A stretch of 64,000 nucleotides of DNA from Hyaloraphidium curvatum SAG 235-1 (taxonomy: Eukaryota; Fungi; Monoblepharomycota). Made by a program: the position numbers and the translations under genes. Location of the stretch: assembly GCA_025558095.1 (NCBI GenBank), contig JAIVFI010000034.1, positions 62,001 through 126,000 on the forward strand. The letters are read 5' to 3'. The notes under the pieces were generated by a model. That model did no database searches and had not been told where the DNA came from. It worked only from the letters and a program-made list of their open reading frames with translations. Positions 32,801 through 44,930 of the stretch are shown piece by piece; position 1 is the first letter of the stretch; every line of letters begins with the position of its first letter.

Positions 32801-35800
32801 CCCGTGGCGGCCGAGACGCGCCGCAGGCGGGCGGAGACGCTTTGGGAAAAGGTCCAAGTGGCGATGTAGACGTCACCATTGGAAGCGACCGCCACCGCGC
32901 GGGGCATCATCGCCACGCTCCTGGGCGGCCCTGTTGCGTCCACGTCAGCGGGGAGCCCGTAGCCGGCAAAGGTCGTCATCGTGCCGTTAGGGAACACCTT
33001 GCGCACGCGGCCGGCTTCGGCAAAGAACATGTTGCCCTCGCCGTCGAACGCGCAGGTCAGCGCCTGATCGATGAAGGACCCGGTCGCCGGGCCGTCGTCG
33101 TATATCGGGCCGCCAGACTGGCCCGTGCCAGCAAAGAGAGAGATGATCCCCGTGGTCCGGTCGACCTTGCGCACGGCGTTGAAGCTGGTGTCCGGGAAGT
33201 AGATATTGCCCGCCGCATCGAGGCAGAGGTGTCGCGGGGCCCGCAGCGAGGCGGACGTGGCCGGCCCGCCGTCGCCCGGGGGATCGTAGTTGTTGCCCCA
33301 CTGGCCGGCCACAACACTCACGTTGTAACCGGTCGGCTGCGGCCCCAGCGTGCGAGTGGTCGTTGCGGTCGTCCTGACCTGTGGGTTGTGTAACCCGGGC
33401 GAGAAGAGATGGTCATTAGCCAAGAACATTAGCCCAGAACAAGACTACGTGGCAGTCACATACGTGTTCCGTAGTCACCGTTGCGGTGGTGCTCTCGATC
33501 ATGCCCGCTGTCGTCGACTGGGGATGACGTGAGCCTACCCATACGAGGCGGAAGCAAAAACGGGAAGCACATACTTGCTCCGTCGTCGCCGCCGCCGTGG
33601 TGGTCGCGGCCGGCGGCAGCGGCCCCGTCGGGCAGCGGTACGTCGTCTCGTCGTCGTTCCAGTCGATGAAGCCGCCGCTCGGGCAGCCGGACGTGTAGCA
33701 CCGGCATGCCCCGGTGACGCTGTTGAACCCAATCAGGTCCGTGCACACGCCGTTGCCGGTGTTGCAGAAGGCCAAGCACGCCTCCGCGCTCGGCTGGATG
33801 GCTTCGCCGAAGGGGTTCTCGTTGCAGATCTGGACCGTATCGGCCGAGCAGTCGCCCAGCGAGCGAGCCGTCGTGCCGCAGAATGCCGCGGGGCTCGCCG
33901 TCGGGGTCGGCGCCGCAGTGGTCGCCTAGGGGCGTCGGGTAAGCTACAATGCTGAAGCAACCAGGCAGTAACAGACCTGCTCCGTCGTCGCCGCCGCCGT
34001 GGTGGTCGCGGCCGGCGGCAGCGGCCCCGTCGGGCAGCGGTACGTCGTCTCGTCGTCGTTCCAGTCGATGAAGCCGCCGCTCGGGCAGCCGGACGTGTAG
34101 CACCGGCATGCCCCGGTGACGTTGTTGAACCCAATCAGGTCCGTGCACACGCCGTTGCCGGTGTTGCAGAAGGCCAAGCACGCCTCCGCGCTGGGCAGGA
34201 TGGCTTCGCCGAAGGGGTTCTCGTTGCAGATCTGGACCGTATCGGCCGAGCAGTCGCCCAGCGAGCGAGCCGTCGTGCCGCAGAATGCCGCGGGGCTCGC
34301 CGTCGGGGTCGGCGCCGCAGTGGTCGCCTGGGGGCGTCGGGTAAGCTACAATGCTGAAGCAACCAGGCAGTAACAGACCTGCTCCGTCGTCGCCGCCGCC
34401 GTGGTGGTCGCGGCCGGCGGCAGCGGCCCCGTCGGGCAGCGGTACGTCGTCTCGTCGTCGTTCCAGTCGATGAAGCCGCCGCTCGGGCAGCCGGACGTGT
34501 AGCACCGGCATGCCCCGGTGACGTTGTTGAACCCAATCAGGTCCGTGCACACGCCGTTGCCGGTGTTGCAGAAGGCCAAGCACGCCTCCGCGCTGGGCAG
34601 GATGGCTTCGCCGAAGGGGTTCTCGTTGCAGATCTGGACCGTATCGGCCGAGCAGTCGCCCAGCGAGCGAGCCGTCGTGCCGCAGAAGGCCGCGGGGCTC
34701 GCCGTCGGGGTCGGCGCCGCAGTGGTCGCCTGGGGGCGTCGGGTAAGCTACAATGCTGAAGCAACCAGGCAGTAACAGACCTGCTCCGTCGTCGCCGCCG
34801 CCGTGGTGGTCGCGGCCGGCGGCAGCGGCCCTGTCGGGCAGCGGTACGTCGTCTCGTCGTCGTTCCAGTCGATGAAGCCGCCGCTCGGGCAGCCGGACGT
34901 GTAGCACCGGCATGCCCCGGTGACGTTGTTGAACCCAATCAGGTCCGTGCACACGCCGTTGCCGGTGTTGCAGAAGGCCAAGCACGCCTCCGCGCTGGGC
35001 AGGATGGCTTCGCCGAAGGGGTTCTCGTTGCAGATCTGGACCGTATCGGCCGAGCAGTCGCCCAGCGAGCGAGCCGTCGTGCCGCAGAAGGCCGCGGGGC
35101 TCGCCGTCGGGGTCGGCGCCGCAGTGGTCGCCTGGGGGCGTCGGGTAAGCTACAATGCTGAAGCAACCAGGCAGTAACAGACCTGCTCCGTCGTCGCCGC
35201 CGCCGTGGTGGTCGCGGCCGGCGGCAGCGGCCCTGTCGGGCAGCGGTACGTCGTCTCGTCGTCGCTCCAGTCGATGAAGCCGCCGCTCGGGCACCCGGAC
35301 GTGTAGCACCGGCATGCCCCGGAGACGCTGTTGAACCCGATCAGCTCCGTGCACACGCCGTTGCCGGTGTTGCAGAAGGCCAAGCACGCCTCCGCGCTCG
35401 GCTGGATGGCTTCGACGAAGGGGTTCTCGTTGCAGATCTGGACCGTGTCGGCCGCGCAGTCGCCGAGCGAGAGGGCCGTGGTGCCACAGAAGGCCGCGGG
35501 GCTCGCCGTCGGGGTCGGCGCCGCAGGGGTCGGGAAATCTGTGCGGGTGGTCGTGGTCGTGGCGAGCAGCGGGTTCGCGGCCCCCACGCGGAGCGGGGAG
35601 TCGCCGAGACGCCCGCAGACCTCGGCACCGTTCGAGTAGCACACGAACGCGGCGCCGTTATTGCACCCGGGATCGGCGGTTATCTCGATGGATTGCACCA
35701 GGCCGGCCTGGTCCGCCGTCACCAGCACGGGCACCTCGCAGCCGTCGGTCCAGAGGGGCCGCCCGTCGAGGCCGTTGCGCATGGTCAAGGTCACCCGCAT

Positions 35801-38484
35801 GTCGACTTGGGAGGTGAGGTGTCAGCGAAGGTGCCTCCGAGGAAATGCGCCCAAGCGACTCACGATCCTTGGCACCGTCGGGCAACCACGGCACCCCGAG
35901 CAGGCCGTCGGCGCCCACTAGCATCTCCGGCACGGCGTAGAACTTGTTGGGCCCGATGTTGTTGGTGAAGCACTCGGCATCCTCGAAGGACGTGGCGAAC
36001 GATCCGGGCAGCTCGCCTTCAACGAAGGTGACGCCGATCCTGACGAGGTTGGTCGCCACTAGAGGCGCGGCATTTTGTCAAATTCCTGCCGCGTTCCGTC
36101 AAAGAGGACACTCACCGTCAGCAGCAGCCGGGCAGCCCCCGCCCTGCCGACCGGCCACCCTCCGCCTGGCCACGGGCGGCGAAGACCACTGGAAGCTGAT
36201 AAAGTAGTACCCAGTGGGGAGCTGCGGGGCGCTCGTCGTGGTGGGCTGCTCCGCGGTCGTGGCCGTCGCCGTGGTACGCGTTGAGGTGGTGAGGTGAGGA
36301 ATGCTGGCATTGCAGACCCCGGGGATCGCGTAGAACGTCGTGGTGAGCGGGGCATAGACCGAGACCGGCCCGCACTGGAACGCGCAGCCGCAGAAGGTCT
36401 GGTTGGTGACCGAGTTGAACATGACCGAGGCGTAGTACGGGTACGGGAACCTGTTGCCCCCTGCCAGGTTCTCGGCGGCGCAGATCGAGGCGCACTGCGA
36501 GCCGCACGCCGCCGCCCCCGAGACAGGGATGGAGCAGGAGAATCCGAGGCCGGTGCCTTCGCCGACCCCTGGGCAGTACTGGCCCGGGCCGCCGACGCCG
36601 ACCTGCGCCGACACGTCGACGGGATCGCCGCCTACGCAGGTGCCGACGGCGCAGTCGGAGCTCCTAGCGCAGCTTGCGGGGGTCGGGGCCGCGGTCGTAG
36701 TCGTGGGCAGCACGGGGGGCTCGAGCGTCGTCGTTGGAGCCCCAGCAAGAGCGGTTGTTGAAGGCGCAGCACCTTCGCTGGTCGGAGGTGCGGCGACGGC
36801 GGTGGTTTGCGTCTTTGTGGTGGGCGCAGCCGTTGTCGTGACGAGGCGAGGCAGGCTTGCGTTGCAGACCCCGGGGATCGCGTAGAACGTCGTGGTGAGC
36901 GGGGCGTAGACGGAGACCGGCCCGCACTGGAACGCGCAGCCGCAGAAGGTCTGGTTGGTGACCGAGTTGAACATGACCGAGGCGTAGTACGGGTAGGGGA
37001 ACCTGTTGCCCGCGGCCAGGTTCTCGGCGGCGCAGATCGAGGCGCACTGCGAGCCGCACGCCGCCGCCCCCGAGACCAGGATGGAGCAGGAGAAGCCGAG
37101 GCCGGTGCCCTCCCCCACGCCGGGGCAGTACTGCCCCGGGCCGCCGACGCCGACCTGTGCCGACACGTCGACCGGGGTGCCGCCGACGCAGGTCCCGACG
37201 GGGCAGTCGGTGCTGCGAGCGCAGCTCGGGTTGGTCGGGGCGGCGGTGCTGGTGCTCGTGGTCGTGGTGCGAGTGGCCGTGGTCGTGGGCAGCACGAAGG
37301 GCTCGATTGTCGTCGTCGGCACGGCAATAGTGGTCATGGTCCGGGTCTCGGTTGCGGTCTGCGTGGCGGTGGTGGTCGGCTCTCCCTGTCCTGCAGGGGT
37401 CTGCGTGGCCGTCGTCGTCGAGAGCACCGAGACGGTGAACGTGGGCGCCTGCGCCGTCGGCACCGGGCTCCCCTCCTCGCCCATGCAGACGCCCGAGACG
37501 GGGTAGCAAAGGCGGCCGCCGTTCAGGGTGGCCTGGAAGTCGACCGTCTGCCGTCCCATGAGGCGGCGCGGGGCGGTGGGGCAAGCTGCGAGGGTGAAGG
37601 CGGTGCGGCCGCGGACGCCGAGGCAGAGGCCGGACGAGTCGCGGAGGTAGACGCGGTTGCAGCTGGGCTGGAGCTCCGGGGGGCACAGCGGCTGGAAAGA
37701 TTCTGCGGACAAGAGAACGTGAGCCACGGCCTGAGCAAGAGGAAAATCGCGCACCTCCAGGGGCGTCAGAGACCGTACATCCGTTTACGCCGCACGAGAG
37801 GCCCTTGGAGCCGATAGCGAACTTGACCGGGGCACCCGCGTTGCGCGGCCTCTGCCGGGCGGTCCAAGTCAGCGATAGCACTGCAAATGAGACGACGGGC
37901 GGCAACCAACGATGAGGGGCACCCTCAGCACGGGCGACGTGCTCCCCTTCGGCCACTCGAACGACGCGATGTCCGTCGCGGGGGCCTCGGCCCGCGCCAC
38001 GACGAACGTGCCGCTCGGCATGATGACCATCCTTCCCGAGGCCCAGCCGTCGGCGTCGGTGCGCAGCCTGGCGCGGACATAGCGGCCGTTCTTTGGCTGC
38101 GGCCGGATGACGAGCACGTTGCGGTTGGCGTAGCCGGGCTCGCCGCCGTCGACGCGGCCGTTGCCGTTCCTGTCGTCGAAGAGCCTGACCTTGAGGCTGA
38201 CCGTCTAAAATAATGGGGGAATAATGGGAGTTGGCACTCGCCGGCGGTCGGGCAAATTGGAGGCCCACCCGGTAGGCGCCCGGCGTGGTCGTCCGCCGGC
38301 GGCGCGTGGTCTTTACGCGACGGACCGACGTCGTCCGGCGGTCGTTGTGGTTCGCCGCGAGGGCGCGCGTCGGCGAGGGCGCCGGCGCCGCAGACGCGGC
38401 CACAATGAGGAGCGCGAGAAGGGCGAGCGCGAGGAGCGCGGCTGCTGAGAGCAGGACAAGGCGCGACCGCCCACGGGCCGCCAT
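29801..38484 (-). CDS. Giant secreted modular protein: SdrD-B-like + Cys-rich repeats + 2 NHL propeller modules + C-terminal leishmanolysin-like (M8) Zn metalloprotease; ~15 introns
   Basis: Signal peptide at 38484; frame can be followed through GT-AG introns; LFDDRNGNGRVDGGEPGYAN; GDGGPATSASL...DAAGNIYFPD; GVLGQAGP, ILHEMGHVLGIG, SHW, ELMTGF. Confidence 0.85.
31190..33380. repeat. Tandem duplication (period 1139 bp) of the NHL module exon
   Basis: cctgatcaccactccgccgac at 31211 and 32350; near-identical over about 1 kb. Confidence 0.95.
33573..35522. repeat. Five-copy 402-bp tandem array (351-nt exon + 51-nt intron)
   Basis: Identical ORF ends at 33944/34346/34748/35150; introns at 33926-33976, 34328-34378, 34730-34780, 35132-35182. 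Confidence 0.97.
36310..37240. repeat. Two-copy Cys-rich repeat, period 552 bp
   Basis: ttgcagaccccggggatcgcg at 36310 and 36862; peptide CPGVGEGTGLGFSCSI...CGCAFQCGP occurs twice. Confidence 0.93.
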
Positions 38485-39011
38485 TTCACGGGCGCCGCCG
38501 GTCCGGGCGTCCGCGACTCCTGCCAAAATGAAGGCACTCCGCCTCCGACTACAGGAGCCAAGCGGCTTGGCTGGTCGACATAACTGGCTGACGAAACCCT
38601 TCTTTGCCCTGCGGAACCGTCCGGGCCACAAATGCCGTCCCCGCGACCGAACCGGTCGTCCTCCTTTTGATCATGACTTCCTGCCGATCTCCTAGTGGTG
38701 CGGAGTGAGCCCGGCCGCGCTGCCGGAGGTGGCCGGTCCGCCCTGGTTGTGGCTTAGGAGTTCCAGCCATCTTCCGCATCGGGATGGACCCAACCGTGCT
38801 CCGCTCCCACTGCGCGCGCGCGGGGCCGATGAGTCAACGTCCGGTGCCGGGCGGCTGCACAGGCTTCCGGGTCCCTCGTTAGGTGCGGATCGGGCGCTCG
38901 TTGCGCCGGCCAAGGGGCGTTGCTCCCCCCGCTATCGCAAAGAGTGCGCAGAATTGGACCGACTCGCTCTCGCAGGCGCAGGATTTTATATAGATCTCCA
39001 ACACTCAGCGG

Positions 39012-40220
39012 CTACCCCAGCTTGCCCGGCACCACCGGGTGGCTCGAGCTCAGCCCGCCGTCAGCCACGTAGGCCTGGCCGTTCACGTAGCTGGCGTCGT
39101 CCGAAGCCAGGAACGCGACGACGGCGGCCATCTCGTCCGGCACGCCGCTTTCGCAAAACATCAGCACCGTAAGGGGAGGGCAGGGAGGGGAGGCTCACTA
39201 GCGTCCGAGGGGGTTCAGCTGGCCGATCTTGGACACGGAGCCGCGCGCGCGGGCGGCGTCGAAGGTCGGGGCAGTCTGCGGGCGGTACGGGTCAGAAAAG
39301 ATGCGGAACAGGAGAGTGAGCGGCGCACCATGCCGGTCTCGATGAGGCCGGGGCACAGCGCGTTGACGCGGACGCCGGTGCGGCCGAGCTGCCAGGCGCC
39401 GGTCTGGACGATGTTGATCACGGCCGCCTTGCTCGCGGAGCTAACAAAAACAGTTGAGAACGGTGCTCCCCAGCACCAATATCGATGACACCCACTAGTC
39501 GGTCGAGCCCGCGCCGGACCGGATGCCGGCGACCGACGCCGTGGCGATGATCGACCCCGACGCCCTGGGCTTGGCCGCCGACGTGACCTGCATCGCGGCC
39601 GACCCGTACTTGAGCGCCAGAAACACCGACACGGTGTTGATCTTGAGCGTGCGGAGGAACTGCGCCGCCGTCACGTCCTTGAAGTGGGTCGGCGTGCCCA
39701 CGATGGCGCCGTTGGCAAAGAACACGTCCAGGCGGCCGAATTCCGCCATGGCCGTGTCGACGATGCCCTTGACGTCGGCCTCCTCGGAGGCGTCGACCTT
39801 GCGGACGATGCAGCGCGTCTTGCCGCCCGTGAGCTTCTCGATGTCGGCCTTGAGCGACGGGAGGTTGGTCTCGTCGAGGTCTGCCGCGTTCCACGGGTGT
39901 TCGCGGTGCGTTCCGATCGTTTTCCGGTGGCAGCGAGAGGTTGGAAGGATCAGTCCGGCTTCCCGGCAATCCGGGCCGCGCCGCCCACCAGTCGCGACGA
40001 CCGCCGCCGCTCCCTCCTGGGCGAACCGCAGGCACGTCGCCCTCCCGATTCCCCTCGGCGAGCCCGCTCCGGTCACGATGCAGACTTTCCCGGCGAGCCT
40101 CTGCGACGGCGACGCGCTCTGCGCCTGGCGGCCCTGCCAGTACTCCCGCGCGGCCGCAGCGGGGTCGCCGCCGGCGAGGTGCGCCGCGACGGCGGCGGTG
40201 CGCTGCTGCGGGGAGGACAT
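39012..40220 (-). CDS. Short-chain dehydrogenase/reductase with PTS2-like N-terminus (multi-exon)
   Basis: [22 protein letters not shown]|YSASK across an intron, [25 protein letters not shown]; N-terminal RTAAVAAHL. Confidence 0.9.
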
Positions 40221-40385
40221 GTTGCACGGGATGCGGAGTCGGGCGGGGGATGGGGGAGTGAGGGTGACGGAGTTGAGGTCGGGCCGACAACGAGCGGAAC
40301 TTCCGAGGAACCTCGAACAGTTCAAGCTTCCCATCGGCACAGGTTATCCATCATAAGCAGAATACATATCGCCGTAGGTGATCTA

Positions 40386-43300
40386 TCAAACCGTCGTCGT
40401 CGCGGACGGCGTCGGCGTCTCCGAGAGGGTCGACGACGTCGGCGTCTCGCTGGTGACGCTCGAGGAGGTGTGGGTTTCCGAGAGGCTGGAGGAGGTCTGC
40501 GTCTCCGAGAGGGACGACGAGGTCGGCGTCGCGGAGAGGCTCGAGGACGTGGGGCTTTCCGTGAGGCTCGAGGAGGTTTGGGTCTGCGAGGCCGTCTTGG
40601 TCTCCGAAAGGCTCGAAGACGTCTGGGTCGCGGAGAGGCTCGTGGTCTCGGCCGCCGTCGTCGAGGTCGCCGCCGTGGTGGATTGCAAGCCCGTGGTGCT
40701 CGTCGCCGACAGGCTCGACGTCTCCGAGAGGCTCGTGCTCGTCTCGGCCGTCGTGCTCGCCGCGGCAGTCGTGGAGGTTACGCCCGTGGTGGAAACGGCG
40801 GTCGTCGAGCTCTGCGTGCTCAGCGAGGTCGTCGACTCCGTCCCGCTCGTGGAGCTCGTCGGCCCGGTCGTGCTCGTGGGCCCCGTCGTGCTCGACCCCG
40901 TCGTGCTCGTCGGCCCGGTGGTGCTCGTGGGCCCGGTGGTGCTCGTGACCGGCGTGCTCGTCACCCCCGTCGTGCTCGTCAGCGCCGGCGTCGTCGTCCC
41001 CGGCGTTGCCGTCGTCCCCGCCGTCGCCGACGTGGTCGGCACCACGAACGACGCGCAGGTCGTCGGCGCCGGCGGCACGATCACGTTGTTCCCCCCGTCC
41101 ACGGCCACCGACACGCCGTTGACCGTCCTCTGCCGCACGGCGAGGAAGGTCGCGCCCGCGGGCCAGGGCCGCTGCACGTTGAACTGGCCCCCGCCGGGGA
41201 TCGTCTGGGTGCCGATGAGGATGCAGTCGGCGTAGAGCTCGAGGGTGGCACCGCCGATGCCGTTGCCGGAGATGAACACGTTGTTGTTCGTGAGGGTGGT
41301 GGTGAGCACCGTCGGCGGCGGCACGATGACGGTGGTGCTGGTCAGCGAGGCCGAGGTCGTGGAGGAGAGGGTGGTGAGCGAGAGGGAGGTGGAAGTCAAA
41401 GCTGCGGTCGTCGAGGCCGCGGGCGTCGTGGTGGCGGTCACGCGGGTGGTCGAGGTCGGGAACACGAACGGGTTGCACGTGGTCGACGTCGGCGGCACCA
41501 CGATCGAGCTCCCCGCGTCCACCCCGATCGACGTCCCCAGCGCGGTGATCTGCCGTGCCGCCAGGAACGTCGTCCCGGGCGGGAACGGCCTGGTGATGTC
41601 GAAGTTCTCGGTCCCCGAGAGCAGGACGGTCCCGATCAGGATGCAGTTTGCAAAGAGCTGCACCGTGGCCCCCTCGATGCCCCTGCCAAACACGCGCACG
41701 CTGTCCCCGACCAGCGCGGTGCCCAGGATCTCGGGCGGCGCGACGACCGGCGTGGTCGAGGTCTGCGACCGCGAGGTGGTGGGCGTCTGGGTGGCCGTCG
41801 CGCTGGTGGTGAAGGGCACCGCGGTCCTGCTGATGCTGGTCGTGGAGACGACAAAGGCCGTGCAGGTGGTCTGCGCGGGGGGCACGATGACGTTGCCGCC
41901 GGCGTTGACGGCGATCGACACGGCCACGGAGTTGCGCTGCCGCGCCGAGAGGAACTGCGTCCCCGGGGGCAGGTTCCGTTGCATGTTGAACTGCGAGCCC
42001 GCCGAGAGGGTCTGCGTGCCGATGAGCACGCAGTCGGCGTAGAGCTCGACGGTCGCGCCGAGGACGCCCTGTCCCGCGACAAAGACCGCCGCGCCGTTGT
42101 TGACCAGCTGCGTGTCGAGGACGGTGGGCGGGTCCAGCGTGGGCGTGGCGCTCGTGGAGGTGGTCTGGGTGGTGGGAGTCCGCGGGGTCGTCGAGGTCGG
42201 GGTGAAGGTCGCCGTGGCCGTCGTCGTCGCCAGCGGTGCGGCGGTGAGGGTCACGCTCGTGGTGGAAATGACGAACGCGGTGCAGGTGGTCTCGGTCGGG
42301 GGCACGATGACGCTGCCCCCGGCGTTCACGGCCACCGATACCGCGACCGAGTTGCGCTGCCGTGCCGAGAGGAACTGCGTGCCCGGCGGGAGGTTGCGCT
42401 CCATGTTGAACTGCGACCCGGCCGTCAGGGGCTGCACGCCGATCAGCACGCAGTCGGCGTAGAGTTCGACGGTGGCGCCCAGCGTGCCGATGCCCTGGAC
42501 GAACACGGAGCGGCCGCTGTTGGTCAGCTGGGTGTCCAGAATGGTGGGCGGGTCCAGCGTCGAGGTCGCGCTGGTCGTCGTCGTCCGCGTGAACGTCGTG
42601 GTGGTCGTTCCGATGGTTGTCGTCGTCTGCGTACGCGTGGTCGTCCGGGTCTGGAGCCGGCGATGATCAGGAAGGGACACCGGCTTCAGACAAAAGGCAA
42701 ACTCACGGCGGTGCTCGGAGACCTCAACGGGATCTCGAGCTGATCCCCCCCGGGCACGAGCCCGTCGTCCCCCGTCTGCACGGTGTAGAACGGCCTCGCC
42801 GGGTCGAGCGCGGGCGCGATCCCGAACGTGTCCAGCGGGGCCAGCGCGACCTCGGCCGAGAACAGCCCATCGTCGTCCGTCGTCGTCTCGGCCGCCACCG
42901 CGCGCGCGACGACGGTCACCTTCACGGCGCGGTTGCGGGCCGTGGTGAAGCGGCGCCGGGTGGTGGTTGGGCGGCGGAGGGCCTGCTGCCCGCCCACGCG
43001 GGGCACGGTGGCGAAGCGGTAGTTCGGCCCGAGGGGGCGGGGCGGGGCGCCGAGGCGCTCGCCGATGGCGCGGCCGGGGGCGAGCTGCCGCGGTTCGAGG
43101 CGTTCGGGCTCCTCCGAAAGCCGAGGATCGGGGTGCTCCTCGTCAAGAGAGCGGCGGCCGATGCGGAGCGGGCCGAGGCGGACCGCGATCCCGCCGATCC
43201 TCGCCTGCGTCGACGAGGCCAGGCGGAGGAGGGCAATGTCCTGGTTGGCGTAGGGCTCGTCGCCCTCCTCGGGGTCGTAGACGTCGTTGTTGTTGTTGTC

Positions 43301-44512
43301 GAAATAGATCCGGCCGGCGACGGTTTGCGTCTGCGGACAAAGGGTCACGAATCGGTCACGCTTCCGCGCCGCGAGGAACCCACCACCAGGGGCGACACAA
43401 CAACCGTCGTCGTTACCGTCCGCGTCCTGCTCACCGTTGTCGTGCTCAGCGTCGTCCGCACGGCGGTGATGAAGGAGGTCCGGGTGCTAAACACGGTCGT
43501 GCCGGCCTGGCAGCACGCGCGCATGTCCCCGTTGCTGAACCACCACGTCCGCCGGAAGAGCTGGCGGTACGGGGACACGCTGACGTCCGCGGGGCAGTCG
43601 ACGCACAGGTGGCGCCTCTGCAGGCGCATGGGGGAGTCGCGGGGATCGGCGGGGCCACTGGCGTTGCGGGAGAGGAGCCGGCGCGAGACGCGGTCAACCT
43701 CGAGCGCCCCAGTGACGAGCTCCTTAAGGGGCCCGGCCTGCTGTCCCGCTGCGCCTGCGCCTGCGAGGTTGCCCTGCCGCGGCGCGGGTATCTTCAGCCT
43801 CTGGGCCACCTTGGCCATGCCGAGGGCGACGGGGTTGGTGAGCCCGATGCGGAGGCTGGGCCCCTCGTCCGTGGTCCCGTCCGTGGTCCCGTCCGTCGTC
43901 TCGTCGGTCGGCTCCTCCGGCGACACGGTCACGGTCGGCGCCAAGGTCTCCGTCTCCGTGGAATCCGCGTCCGTCGGGGCCAATGTCTGCACCGCGTCCA
44001 GGGTGACTGTCGACGTCACGGTCCGCGTGAACGACGTGGTGGTCGTCACCAGCGTGAAGAGCGACGACACGGTGGCGGTGGTCAGGGTGGTGACGGTCGT
44101 CCGGCCCTGGTTCTGGCCGCAGCTGCGGAGGGCGGCCGGGTGAGTCGGTGGAAGGCCATCGGCGCCCGGGGCACCCACCAGCAGTTTTCTGGATTGTTGT
44201 ACCCGCAGCCGGGACAGCTTAAAGAGCGGTATCAGCGGCGATCGCGGTTTCCCATACGGGGACGGGGACGAGCAGTTAGCGGCGGTTCGGCAGCGCCGGC
44301 GGCCATCGCCTGCCGGATCGCGGTCGGCGCACCCACCACGTCTCGCCGACCTTCCAGCCCGTCGTCGCATCCCACCAGCGCGGCTCGAGCGCAGCGGAGG
44401 TGTTTGCGGCGGCGGTCCCCCGCGGGAACGCGGCCGCGGGCGGCGGCAGCCCGGCGATCCCGAACGCCGCCGCCGCCGCGATCAGCAGTGCGCCGCGCCG
44501 GCGCACCCTCAT
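40386..44512 (-). CDS. Large secreted Thr/Ser-rich adhesin-like protein: SdrD-B-like domain + 4 bacterial Ig-like repeats + mucin-like tail
   Basis: Signal peptide; AGRIYFDNNNNDVYDPEEGDEPYANQ...TTTDDDGLF; four copies of PPTxLxT...VxGxGxxGATVELYADCxLIG...F..ARQ; S/T tail. Confidence 0.75.
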
Positions 44513-44930
44513 CGCGCGGCGGAGGGGGCGCAAAAGGCCGGGGCGGTCGGCGGCCGGTTTCTCTGCGGTGTTCGGCTGGGTGGGGGACCGCTCCGCCCTG
44601 TATATGACGTCCGGCGCCAAACGTCCCTCCCCTCCGTACAACCCCGGCAAGCAAACAGATGACGGCGAAAACAGTGCGCATTTGCGGATCCGCGCATGAT
44701 TTCGCACAGCGCTTGTTCTGCGGCACGATTCTGTGCATGGGACCCCGAGGTACGCGGATATTCGCCGCGCTTCCACGCCCAGAGCAGAGGCTGCGGACGC
44801 CAAAGACGATGACTTCGTATAGACATAGGTGCCAAAGCATACATGACAAAGCAAGACACAGGTATATGATTGAGTTCCTGCTCATCTCTCGCCCACAAGG
44901 CGCATTAGATTATGTTGCGGCTGCCCGACG

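Noticed and set aside
33573-35522. Tandem array as CRISPR, satellite or mobile element
   Set aside because: The units are coding exon plus intron with no unique spacers, terminal repeats or cas/transposase genes
39684-42743. 1019-aa plus-strand ORF and similar long Arg/Gly/Ala-rich ORFs (e.g. 33456-35642, 57645-59600)
   Set aside because: Antisense or off-frame shadows of real genes caused by high GC3
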